Shown here one piece after another: positions 54,316 through 63,644 of a DNA stretch of 64,000 bases. The stretch's first letter is position 1, and every line of letters starts with the position of its first letter. Position numbers and translations under genes: made by a program. Origin of the DNA: Clostridiales bacterium (GTDB lineage Bacteria; Bacillota; Clostridia; Acetivibrionales; DTU013); the NCBI GenBank assembly GCA_035378685.1, contig DAOSUL010000004.1, forward strand, positions 3,562 through 67,561, read 5' to 3'. A model generated the notes under the pieces. That model did no database searches. It had not been told where the DNA came from and was given only the letters and a program-made list of their open reading frames with translations.

Positions 54316-55854
54316 ATGGAACAGATAATATACAACATCCGGCACTGTACAGGGTGCGCTGCCTGCAGCCAGGTGTGCCCCTGCGGTGCCGTGGTGATGG
54401 AAGCGGATGAAGAAGGCTTCCTTTATCCTAATATAAATGAGGAGCGGTGCAGCGACTGCGGCCTGTGCAGGAGGACATGCCCGGTCAATGCCGCTTTTGA
54501 GAAGACGCGAAGTATCATCACGGATACGGACGGTTCATTGGTTTTCACCGCAGGCGGAAGAGGCGTGCCGGTATTCGTGAGCAGAGACAGCGGAGCGACA
54601 GGATCCGGGCAGAATGACAGTGACGCAGCTGAGTCCTCACGTAATGGCTGCAGCGCGGCTGGGACTTTGCCGGATGATATCGAGCCACCGGCATCCGGGC
54701 AGGAAGAAATGATGCCTGGACCAGGCGGAAAAAGCCCATCAGTTGCAGAAGACGGGAACAGCAATCCAACAACTGATGCGGTGGCAAGTAATTACCATGC
54801 GTCTGCTTTCAGCGGGAAGCGGGCCTTTGCCTGCTGGTCGAAAAACGACGCCATAAGAGAAAAAAGCTCGTCCGGCGGCATCTTCTCCGAGCTTGCCGCA
54901 AAGACGCTCGAAGATGGCGGCGTCGTGTTTGGCGCGGCATTTGACAGCGATTTCAGCGTAAGACACAGATGTATAGAAAACATCGACGACCTCGATGTTC
55001 TCCGGCGTTCGAAGTACGTTCAGAGCCGGATCGGTGAGACTTTCAGGGAGGCCGGGAAATGCCTGGCGGCGGGAAGGAAAGTGCTGTTCTGCGGCACGCC
55101 GTGCCAGATCGCCGGCCTTAAGGCTTACCTTGGGAACAAAGGTTGCTCCGGAGGCAAAACTCATCGAGGAACGGAAGGCGGAGGCCTTATTGCATGCGAA
55201 ATCGCATGCTTCGGTGTGCCGTCCCCTAAGGCCTGGAGAATGTTCCTCGATTATCTGGAGGAAAAGTACGGAAGCGGCATCTCCTCTGTATCCTTCCGTG
55301 ACAAATCCTCGGGCTGGAGAGAATCAAGCGTCAGGATCAGGTTCGATAACGGCGCGGAATACCTGGTGAGTGTAAAAAAGGAACTCTACCTGATGGGCTA
55401 TTTCAAAAACTTCTACACCAGGAAGTCCTGTTTCGACTGCAGGTTCAAGATCCACAACTCGCATGCTGACCTGACGCTTGCGGATTTCTGGGGTATCGAA
55501 AAACTGGCAGGACCTCTTAATCCGGAAAATCCGGCAAAAGAGCACGGCGGAAGCTCGCCGGCCAAAGATGACAACAGGGGCATATCGCTGGTGATCGCTC
55601 ACACCGAAGCCGGCGAAAATGCACTGTCAGCCATCAAAGACCGCGTGGGGATCGTCGAATATCCGCCCGGGGATGCCGTCAGGTACAACCCGAGGCTTGT
55701 TTCGTCCCTGCCGGAGCCGTCAGGACGGGCCCGGTTTTTCGCTGATATGAAAAACGGATACAGCTTTGATAAGCTTAGAAGAAAGTACATGGACAACACA
55801 AGTATCAGGTACAAAATAAAATGCATCATCAAGAAGATGCTGGGCAGGGGTTGA
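54316..55854 (+). CDS. 2x[4Fe-4S] ferredoxin domain fused to an FrhB/FdhB-like (F420 hydrogenase beta-type) domain, with a low-complexity insert of about 100 aa
   Basis: CTGCAACSQVCP and CSDCGLCRRTCP. Then SSSGGIFSEL...VFGAAFD...RSKYVQS...FCGTPCQIAGL. Confidence 0.82.
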   Translation: MEQIIYNIRHCTGCAACSQVCPCGAVVMEADEEGFLYPNINEERCSDCGLCRRTCPVNAAFEKTRSIITDTDGSLVFTAGGRGVPVFVSRDSGATGSGQNDSDAAESSRNGCSAAGTLPDDIEPPASGQEEMMPGPGGKSPSVAEDGNSNPTTDAVASNYHASAFSGKRAFACWSKNDAIREKSSSGGIFSELAAKTLEDGGVVFGAAFDSDFSVRHRCIENIDDLDVLRRSKYVQSRIGETFREAGKCLAAGRKVLFCGTPCQIAGLKAYLGNKGCSGGKTHRGTEGGGLIACEIACFGVPSPKAWRMFLDYLEEKYGSGISSVSFRDKSSGWRESSVRIRFDNGAEYLVSVKKELYLMGYFKNFYTRKSCFDCRFKIHNSHADLTLADFWGIEKLAGPLNPENPAKEHGGSSPAKDDNRGISLVIAHTEAGENALSAIKDRVGIVEYPPGDAVRYNPRLVSSLPEPSGRARFFADMKNGYSFDKLRRKYMDNTSIRYKIKCIIKKMLGRG

Positions 55855-55863
55855 CAAAACATC

Positions 55864-57384
55864 ATGCGTACGAAGCTGTCCTTTTATAATTCAATAAGCG
55901 CCGTTGCGCTGCAGATCGTGAACATCATAGTGAACCTGATACTGCCCAGGGTCATGATAACGGTATACGGGTCCAATGTGAACGGACTTGTGACATCCAT
56001 ACGGCAGTTCATCTCGTATTTCAACCTTGTGGAAGCCGGCCTGGCCGGGGCTGCGGTTTATGCCCTGTACAAGCCCCTTGCCGAGAAGAACAGGGATGAC
56101 ATCAACGGGATACTGTCAGCGTCGAACCGGTTCTATAATATCTCCGGGTACATTTTCTCGGCGCTGGTGCTCATAACCGCTTTCATCTACCCGATGCTGA
56201 CTTCCGGGCAGGGCATAGACCCGTTCACCATCGCGGCGCTCGTTCTGATCATAGGCGCATCCGGCGCCCTGGAGTTTTTCGCTGTGGGCAAGTACAAGGT
56301 CCTTTATACGGCGGACCAGAAGAGCTACGTGATCTCGCTGATCAACGCCGCGGCCGTTGCGATGAACGCAGTGATCATACTGGTCCTCGCAAGCTTCCGG
56401 ATGAACATAGTCATCGTCCAGCTGGTCGCGCTTACGAGCTTCTTTGCCCGTTCGGCGCTCTATGTCATATATGGAAGGCTGAAGTACAGGGATCTCGACT
56501 TCAGTGCGCCGCCCAAAAACGAGGCGCTGGACAGGAGGTGGGACGCCCTGGTGCTCCAGATACTCGGAGCCGCTTCTACCGCCACGCCCGTCGTCGTCAC
56601 CTCACTTTTTGTCAGCCTGAGCGAGGCAAGCGTCTTCGTCACGTACAACATGGTATTCACCAGCGTACTGGCGCTGCTGACCACGTTCAGCAACGGGCTG
56701 AGCGCCATATTCGGAGACATGCTTGCCAGGAACGAACTGCCTGCGCTGCAGAAGGCGTACCAGCAGTATGAGTACCTGTATTATGCGCTGGTGGCATGGG
56801 GATACGCCGTGGCGGCAGTGATGATCATGCCGTTCATGAGGATATATACGGCCGGGTTCACAGATGCTGAATACATAAGACCGGCGGTAGCCGCGATGTT
56901 CGTCGCGGCCGGGATCATAACGAACATTAAGAATCCACAGGGCATGCTCGTGATTTCGGCGGGGCTGTACAGGGAGACCAGGCTGCAGTCGCTGATACAG
57001 GCGGTCATCATCGTCGCGGCTTCGATCCTGCTGGCGCCGCGCTTCGGCATAATGGGGGTACTGACTGCTGCCATACTTTCTAACCTCTACCGTGACATAG
57101 ACCTGTTTTTCTACATACCCAAAACAGTGACAAAGCTGAGCCCGGTCATGACGATAAGGAGGGTGCTCAGGCTTGTCGTGCTGTTCTTTATAACAGTACT
57201 GCCGGTGATACATTTTGTCGATATTAATGTAGGGAACTACATGCAATGGGCAATATATGCGGTGGCCGTCGGGATATGGGCGATGCTGGTCATCGGAGCA
57301 GGGAACGTGCTGATGGAGAGGAAAACGGCGGCCGCGGTCATGGAAAGGATAAAGCTCATGGTCAGGAGCCGCGAAGGAAGATAA
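55864..57384 (+). CDS. polysaccharide/oligosaccharide flippase (Wzx, MOP superfamily)
   Basis: About 14 TM helices. N-terminus KLSFYNSISAVALQIVNIIVNLILPRV is typical of Wzx-like proteins. Confidence 0.8.
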   Translation: MRTKLSFYNSISAVALQIVNIIVNLILPRVMITVYGSNVNGLVTSIRQFISYFNLVEAGLAGAAVYALYKPLAEKNRDDINGILSASNRFYNISGYIFSALVLITAFIYPMLTSGQGIDPFTIAALVLIIGASGALEFFAVGKYKVLYTADQKSYVISLINAAAVAMNAVIILVLASFRMNIVIVQLVALTSFFARSALYVIYGRLKYRDLDFSAPPKNEALDRRWDALVLQILGAASTATPVVVTSLFVSLSEASVFVTYNMVFTSVLALLTTFSNGLSAIFGDMLARNELPALQKAYQQYEYLYYALVAWGYAVAAVMIMPFMRIYTAGFTDAEYIRPAVAAMFVAAGIITNIKNPQGMLVISAGLYRETRLQSLIQAVIIVAASILLAPRFGIMGVLTAAILSNLYRDIDLFFYIPKTVTKLSPVMTIRRVLRLVVLFFITVLPVIHFVDINVGNYMQWAIYAVAVGIWAMLVIGAGNVLMERKTAAAVMERIKLMVRSREGR

Positions 57385-57438
57385 CCGGCGTAGTTAAGCC
57401 GGGAGACGGCATGTACGGCAGACGGAGGGATATTCGGC

Positions 57439-58872
57439 ATGAAGGCGGGAATTCTGACATTCCATTACGCGCACCACTACGGGGCACAGCTGCAGGCATA
57501 TGCCCTTATGCGTGCGATACAGCTCCTTGGAGTGGACTGCGGGATAATAAACTATGTCAGGAAAGACAACATTGAGGGCAGCAGCCTATTCAAGAAAGGC
57601 CTGTCGCCGGGAGCCGTCCTTTCGAACCTGGACACATTGCTGCATTACCGGAGCCTCAAAAAAAGGCACGACCGGTTCGACAGCTTTGTATTCAATGAAA
57701 TGAAGCTTTCTGAAAAATTTTACGGTTCATATAAAGAGCTCTGCGATGATCCGCCCGCGTATGATGTGTATGTGTGCGGCAGCGACCAGATATGGAATCC
57801 GTTGATTTTCAGCGAAAAGACCTATGACCCGGCGTTTTTTGCCGATTTTGCCAGGAGCGGCAGGCGCGTGGCCTATGCCCCGAGCTTCGGCATCAGTTCG
57901 ATACCGGAGGACAAACGGGAAGAGCTTGCAGGGTACCTTGCGAAGTTCGACTGTCTCTCGTCGAGGGAAAAGCAGGGCGAGAAGATAATCAGGGAAATAA
58001 CGGGCCGGGAAGCGGTCACGGTGCTCGATCCGACGCTGCTCCTCCCGGCGGAGGAATGGAGCATGCTAGCGGCGGCGCCGGGAAGCGCCGGGTATGATTC
58101 CCCGGAAGCTTCCGGAGGTGATTCCCCGGGAACCGGCGACGGCGGGCCTCTGCAAACTGGCGGCTACATCCTGTGCTACTTTATAACAGATGCGAGGAAA
58201 TATGCTGATTACGTGGGCCTGGTCGCTGAAAAGTATCGCCTTCCTGTCGTATCGCTGTGCGGTTCGCGGCGTGTGGTGCCGCAGACTAAGCACAAAAGGC
58301 TCGATTGCGGACCGCGCGAGTTCCTCGGACTGTTCAGGGAAGCATCGGTGGTCTGCACGGACTCGTTCCATGGGACTGTTTTCTCCCTGATCTTCGAAAA
58401 GGAATTCTACTCCTTCGAGGCTTCGAAAGATCCATCGAAAGCTGTCGGCTCCAGGCAGTACAACCTCCTTGAAACCACCGGTCTGCTTTCACGGCTGTAC
58501 AATATCTCCTCAGGCGTCGACGGGTTCAGGAAGCTGCTCGATGAGCAGGCGGGTGCAGCAGGACATATGCCGGGTGCCACTGGTGCCCAGAGGCATGCGG
58601 ACAGTTGCCGGGAACGTTCGTATATGCTGCAGGAACATGTGGATAATCATCAGAAACATTCGGATAATTACCAGGCGCTTGCGGTTAACAAGGAAACCGG
58701 AAGACAGCGCGGCGCCATCGATTATCAGAAAGTCCGGGACATATTGAGGAAGAAACGGGAGGAATCCCTGTCATACCTGAAAAATGCGCTGGTTCCGGGA
58801 GGTGAAACGAATGCGGCTTCCGAAGAAAATGCCGGGGTATCTGAAATCGCTCAAACAGAAGATCAAATTTGA
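57439..58872 (+). CDS. polysaccharide pyruvyl transferase family protein with low-complexity insertions
   Basis: MKAGILTFHYAHHYGAQLQAYAL, VCGSDQIWNP, AYAPSFG, TDSFHGTVFS. Confidence 0.85.
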   Translation: MKAGILTFHYAHHYGAQLQAYALMRAIQLLGVDCGIINYVRKDNIEGSSLFKKGLSPGAVLSNLDTLLHYRSLKKRHDRFDSFVFNEMKLSEKFYGSYKELCDDPPAYDVYVCGSDQIWNPLIFSEKTYDPAFFADFARSGRRVAYAPSFGISSIPEDKREELAGYLAKFDCLSSREKQGEKIIREITGREAVTVLDPTLLLPAEEWSMLAAAPGSAGYDSPEASGGDSPGTGDGGPLQTGGYILCYFITDARKYADYVGLVAEKYRLPVVSLCGSRRVVPQTKHKRLDCGPREFLGLFREASVVCTDSFHGTVFSLIFEKEFYSFEASKDPSKAVGSRQYNLLETTGLLSRLYNISSGVDGFRKLLDEQAGAAGHMPGATGAQRHADSCRERSYMLQEHVDNHQKHSDNYQALAVNKETGRQRGAIDYQKVRDILRKKREESLSYLKNALVPGGETNAASEENAGVSEIAQTEDQI

Positions 58873-59452
58873 TGTGGGTACACTGAGGAGGAATGACATT
58901 TCGCTCCTGATCCTTGATGAACGCTGGAACAGGCTTTTCGCCAATACGCCGAAAACCCCGGAAATAACACGCTGCGAAGAAAAACTCAGGGAGCTCCTGA
59001 AGGAGGAAGCACGCCTCAGGACTGAACAGAAGGAGATCGCTGCCGCCAAGAAACATCACATGCAAAAAATCATGGAACTCACCACCGAAGTCTTTGAAAA
59101 AGGCAGCGAATCAGCCAAGGAAGAGATGAAGACCGCAGAACGCGAGATAAAAAGGATAAATGAGAGGGCGAAACAGATCGAAGAACTGCTTGATGAAATG
59201 CCGTCAAGAATAAGGGAGGTAAATCTCGAACTCCTGGAGCTGACGGTACTTGTCGTGTATTACAAGATACGCCTGAACCAGAAAAGGGTCGAGGAACTGG
59301 ACAAGCTGATAGAGGAAACAAAGGCGAAACTTAAGGAATATATAGACGAAAGGGAAACGCTTTCACAGGACGACACGGATGTGTATTCATATTTCCATGA
59401 CCTGCTTGGCGGGGAGGAGCTTGAGAAGCTCGACAGGATGTTTTTCAGCTGA
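58811..59452 (+). CDS. hypothetical coiled-coil protein
   Basis: ATG at 58811 lies 6 nt after GGAGGTG. Lys/Glu-rich heptad-like sequence. The first 62 nt overlap the tail of the upstream gene. Confidence 0.6.
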   Translation: MRLPKKMPGYLKSLKQKIKFDVGTLRRNDISLLILDERWNRLFANTPKTPEITRCEEKLRELLKEEARLRTEQKEIAAAKKHHMQKIMELTTEVFEKGSESAKEEMKTAEREIKRINERAKQIEELLDEMPSRIREVNLELLELTVLVVYYKIRLNQKRVEELDKLIEETKAKLKEYIDERETLSQDDTDVYSYFHDLLGGEELEKLDRMFFS

Positions 59453-59482
59453 TGCGGATAATCTGCGATTGGAGGCCGGGAG

Positions 59483-61042
59483 ATGAAAGTCATATCACCT
59501 GAACAGATGAAAAAAATCGACGAATGTACGATAAATGAATACGGCATCCCAGGGATACTGCTCATGGAAAATGCCGCGGCGGCAGTGGCCGCACAGGCCT
59601 CTTCCATGATGGGCGGCTGCGCCGGCAGGCGCGTTACGTTAGTTGCCGGCAGGGGCAACAACGGCGGCGACGCATTCGCGGCAGCCAGGCTGCTCCACAG
59701 CAAGGGCGCGGACGTCAGGGTATACCTGGTGGGAGAAAAGACAGGCCTGTCCGGAGATGCGCTTTTCAACATGGAGATCCTCGGGAGGATCGGCATCATG
59801 GTCACGGAAATCACGGAAAAAACCGAAATGAATTATTTCCTGTCTGATCTGTACACGTCCGATCTCGTCATCGACGGCCTGTTCGGCACAGGCCTCAGCA
59901 GGGACATCACAGGGATCGCCGCGGAGGTCATCGGGAGGATAAACCAGTTCCACGGGCCTGTCCTTTCAATAGACATCCCGTCCGGCATCGACGGAAGGGA
60001 CGGGAGCATAAAGGGCGTGTGTGTAAAGGCCGACGCCACCGTCACTTTCGGCCTGCCAAAGCTGGGACTTGTACTGCACCCGGGCTGCTTCTACACCGGT
60101 ACACTGATCACGGCCGACATAGGGATACCTGCCTGCGTGATCGGTAAACAGGACATAAAGACCGAAATCATCGACCTCGACATGGTATCTGCGATGATGC
60201 CGCGGCGGAAACCGGACAGCAACAAGGGCGATTACGGCAGGGTGCTGATCATCACGGGCTCCACGGGCATGACCGGTTCGGGATGCCTTGCCTCCATGGC
60301 GGCCCTTAGGACAGGCGCGGGCCTTGTGTACACAGGCGTGCCGAAGAGCCTCGCTCAGGTATATTCTGCAAAATTGACCGAACCGATAGTGATACCGCTT
60401 GAGGACGGCGGTGCCGGACGCCTTTCTGCGTCATGCATTGAACACATCCTCGGCCTGATGGATAAAATGGATGTGGTCGCAATAGGCCCTGGGCTGACTG
60501 CAGCCGATGATATAAGGAAGATCGTCGGGGCAGTCATCGAAAACTGCGAAGTGCCTCTTGTAATGGATGCGGATGCGCTCAATGCCATCTCGGCAGACCC
60601 GTCGGTTCTGAAAAAGCTGAAAACCGAAGCCGTGCTGACGCCGCATCCGGGAGAGATGGCAAGGCTGATGGGAACAGATACGAAGCAGGTGCAGTCTGAC
60701 AGGATAGGAACAGCCACCGGATTCGCTCAGAAATACGGCGTGACCGTCGTGCTGAAAGGCAGCAGGACCATAGTGGCTTACCCGGACGGCTGGGTGCACA
60801 TCAACACCACCGGCAACGCCGGCATGGCTACCGCCGGTACCGGGGACGTGCTCACAGGCATGATAGCGGGCATCGCCGCCCAGGGAGTGCCTGCCGGGGA
60901 CGCCGCAGCAGCGGGTGTTTACCTGCACGGGCTTGCCGGGGATGCCGCCGCTGACTTAAAAGGGATGTACGGCATGGTGGCGGGCGATATCGTTGATATA
61001 CTGCCGGTGGCGATAAAAGAAGCCCTGAAAGAGAGCCGCTGA
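59483..61042 (+). CDS. nnr: bifunctional NAD(P)H-hydrate repair enzyme (epimerase/dehydratase)
   Basis: GRGNNGGDAF (YjeF_N domain) and AGTGDVLTG (carbohydrate-kinase-like C-terminus). Confidence 0.92.
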   Translation: MKVISPEQMKKIDECTINEYGIPGILLMENAAAAVAAQASSMMGGCAGRRVTLVAGRGNNGGDAFAAARLLHSKGADVRVYLVGEKTGLSGDALFNMEILGRIGIMVTEITEKTEMNYFLSDLYTSDLVIDGLFGTGLSRDITGIAAEVIGRINQFHGPVLSIDIPSGIDGRDGSIKGVCVKADATVTFGLPKLGLVLHPGCFYTGTLITADIGIPACVIGKQDIKTEIIDLDMVSAMMPRRKPDSNKGDYGRVLIITGSTGMTGSGCLASMAALRTGAGLVYTGVPKSLAQVYSAKLTEPIVIPLEDGGAGRLSASCIEHILGLMDKMDVVAIGPGLTAADDIRKIVGAVIENCEVPLVMDADALNAISADPSVLKKLKTEAVLTPHPGEMARLMGTDTKQVQSDRIGTATGFAQKYGVTVVLKGSRTIVAYPDGWVHINTTGNAGMATAGTGDVLTGMIAGIAAQGVPAGDAAAAGVYLHGLAGDAAADLKGMYGMVAGDIVDILPVAIKEALKESR

Positions 61043-61175
61043 ACAGGCAAAATTTCATAAAGGCTGCGAATGTCAAAAAAGTTACCCGCAAATTTACCAT
61101 TGAAATAAAATGGAACAAGGTATAGGATGATACCAGCAGGATTATGCCGCGCATTTTGACGGAGGAACCTGGGAC

Positions 61176-62366
61176 ATGATGGTATTCAGACGGGACACGA
61201 TGGAATACAAACTCAACAGGGCATGGGCCGAGATCGACCTGGACGCCATAGCCTATAACACCAGAGAGATAAAAAAGCTCACGGGCAGCAATGTAGAGAT
61301 GATGGGGGTCGTAAAGGCCGACGCGTATGGCCACGGAGTGCTCGAGGTAGTACGCACGCTGCTGGACAACGGCGTGACCCAGCTGGCCGTTTCGATGCTG
61401 GATGAGGCTATCCAGATAAGAAAAATGGGCATTGATGTGCCAATTCTGATACTGAGCTATACCGACCCGGCAAGGGCGGATGAAGTTATAAGGAACGAAG
61501 TCACCCAGACAGTTTTCAGCCTGGACCTCGCAGAGGCATTGTCAGCAGCAGCCGTAAGGCTCGGCAGGAACGCAAAGGTACATGTGAAGGTGGACACCGG
61601 CATGTCCAGGGTGGGATTCATGCCAGGGCACACCGCGGTAAAAAACATCATGGAGATGGCAAAGATGCCGGGGATCGAAATCGAGGGCATATTCACCCAC
61701 TTCGCCTCGGCGGACGAAGCTGACAGAAGCTACACGATGATGCAGTTCGACCGCTTCATGAGCCTTTGCAGCGAGCTTGAGAAAGCCGGGATACACATCC
61801 CGGTAAGGCATGCGTGCAACAGTGCCGGCACTTTGCAGTACCCCGAGATGCACCTGGACATGGTCAGGCCAGGCATCATACTTTACGGTCTGTATCCTTC
61901 CAGGGAAGTACAGTGGAAAATAGACCTTAAGCCTGCAATGACGCTGAAGGCCAACGTGATATATGTCAAGGACGTGGACAGGGACGTATGCATCAGCTAT
62001 GGAAGGACGTTCCGGACAACCCGCAAAAGCAGGATAGCCACCGTGCCTATAGGATATGCCGACGGATATACCAGGCTCATGTCCAACAAGGGGAAGATGC
62101 TCGTGAACGGCGAATTCGCGCCGGTCGTGGGCAGGATATGCATGGACCAGTGCATGCTCGACGTGACCGACCTGAAGCATGAAGTTCATGTGGGGGACGA
62201 GGTCGTCATATTCGGCAGACAGAACGGGGCATCCATCAGCGTCGACGAGATAGCGGAACAGGTGGGGACCATCAATTACGAACTGGTCTGCATCATAGGC
62301 AAAAGGATACCGCGTGTCTATCTTAAAGGCGGAAAAATCTGCAGCGTCCTGAATTATCTGCTGTAA
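61176..62366 (+). CDS. alr: alanine racemase
   Basis: AWAEIDLDAI, VVKADAYGHG (PLP lysine), PIGYADGY, GRICMDQ. Confidence 0.93.
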   Translation: MMVFRRDTMEYKLNRAWAEIDLDAIAYNTREIKKLTGSNVEMMGVVKADAYGHGVLEVVRTLLDNGVTQLAVSMLDEAIQIRKMGIDVPILILSYTDPARADEVIRNEVTQTVFSLDLAEALSAAAVRLGRNAKVHVKVDTGMSRVGFMPGHTAVKNIMEMAKMPGIEIEGIFTHFASADEADRSYTMMQFDRFMSLCSELEKAGIHIPVRHACNSAGTLQYPEMHLDMVRPGIILYGLYPSREVQWKIDLKPAMTLKANVIYVKDVDRDVCISYGRTFRTTRKSRIATVPIGYADGYTRLMSNKGKMLVNGEFAPVVGRICMDQCMLDVTDLKHEVHVGDEVVIFGRQNGASISVDEIAEQVGTINYELVCIIGKRIPRVYLKGGKICSVLNYLL

Positions 62367-62453
62367 AACTGAATAATAATGTAATAACAGCCCTGGCAGC
62401 AGTTCCGGCAGCGAAAAATCCATGCATCGGAACTACGGTAACAATATTTTAAT

Positions 62454-62482
62454 TTGACCGGGTATATACTGTCGTATATAAT
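62454..62482 (+). promoter_or_regulatory. near-consensus sigma-A-type promoter 380 nt upstream of mazE
   Basis: TTGACC (62454-62459), 17-nt spacer, TATAAT (62477-62482). Confidence 0.65.
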
Positions 62483-62521
62483 ATAGTATATCCTAAAGCA
62501 TATACAGACAGTCTGTGCAAA

Positions 62522-62730
62522 ACATATACGGTCAGGGCACATCAGGTTAATCTTGGGTACATACGGCCAAAGCCGGAGTACTTCTGGTCAGGGCCGGGGC
62601 GAAAACGGCTGAAGCAGTAGTGCTAACTGTCCGGGCCGGAGCAAATACGGCCGGAGCAGGTGCACTGATGGCCAAGGCCTGAGCAAATACGGCCAATACC
62701 AGGGTACATACGGTTGGAGCATATACGGCT
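62522..62730 (+). repeat. seven-copy degenerate repeat with an A(T/A)ACGG core
   Basis: Cores at 62526, 62561, 62603, 62645, 62687, 62708 and 62723, with spacings of 35, 42, 42, 42, 21 and 15 nt. Confidence 0.7.
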
Positions 62731-62860
62731 TCAGTATGTAAAGTCACATAATTTCGGCGAAGGCGGCAAAAATTATTAACTGCTGCTGTTGTTTGCTGCC
62801 TGCTGTGATGATATCTTCTCAGTGACGAATTGCAATTCGATCGAAAATGGGGGATTTATT

Positions 62861-63136
62861 TTGGCGGAATTGAAAAAAATACTTATAAGCCTTCCTGATA
62901 ACCTGCTTAAAGAAGTAGACCATATCGTATCTGTTGAGAAAACCAACAGAAGCGAGTTTGTCAGAGAAGCGATGAAACTTTATCTTAGAGAAAAGAGAAA
63001 GATAGAGATGAGAGAAAGGCTGAAGAAGGGATACCTTGAAATGGCAGAGATAAACATGAGGCTGGCCGAGATGTGCATGGATGCGGACAGCGAGCAACAG
63101 TTCAAATACGAGGAACGACTTGGGGAGTTGGAGTAA
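62861..63136 (+). CDS. mazE: ribbon-helix-helix antitoxin (MazE/EndoAI-like)
   Basis: [41 protein letters not shown] at 62861 follows GGGGGA. Sits immediately upstream of mazF. Confidence 0.8.
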   Translation: MAELKKILISLPDNLLKEVDHIVSVEKTNRSEFVREAMKLYLREKRKIEMRERLKKGYLEMAEINMRLAEMCMDADSEQQFKYEERLGELE

Positions 63137-63138
63137 AC

Positions 63139-63489
63139 GTGATAATAAAACGGGGAGATATTTTCTATGCCGATCTGAGTCCCGTGATCGGCTCCGAGCA
63201 GGGGGGTGTCAGGCCCGTACTGATAGTGCAGAACGACATCGGCAACAAATACAGCCCGACGGTGATAGCGGCAGCTATCACGTCGCAGATAAACAAGGCA
63301 AAGCTGCCGACCCACATCGAGATAAGCGCACAGGAGTACGGGCTGCAGAAGGACTCGGTGATCCTGCTGGAGCAGATCAGGACCATAGACAAGAAAAGGC
63401 TCAGGGAACGGATTGGGCACCTGGACGATGAACTGATGGAAAAAGTTAATGAAGCGCTAAGCATAAGCTTTGGTCTGGCCGATATATAA
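63139..63489 (+). CDS. mazF: MazF/EndoA-type mRNA interferase toxin
   Basis: [44 protein letters not shown] at 63139 follows GGAG. Confidence 0.9.
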   Translation: MIIKRGDIFYADLSPVIGSEQGGVRPVLIVQNDIGNKYSPTVIAAAITSQINKAKLPTHIEISAQEYGLQKDSVILLEQIRTIDKKRLRERIGHLDDELMEKVNEALSISFGLADI

Positions 63490-63644
63490 ATCGGCGGCGT
63501 AAGGCTTGGAACGGCACATGCATAGGGAATAAAGCAGTACGGACTGAGAAATTCGTTTACATATGAGACAAGCCTTAAATCCGGAACATACTGCCGCAGC
63601 GGCACACCGGGCAACGCCCCGGCCGCATGAAGGGAACATGAGCC

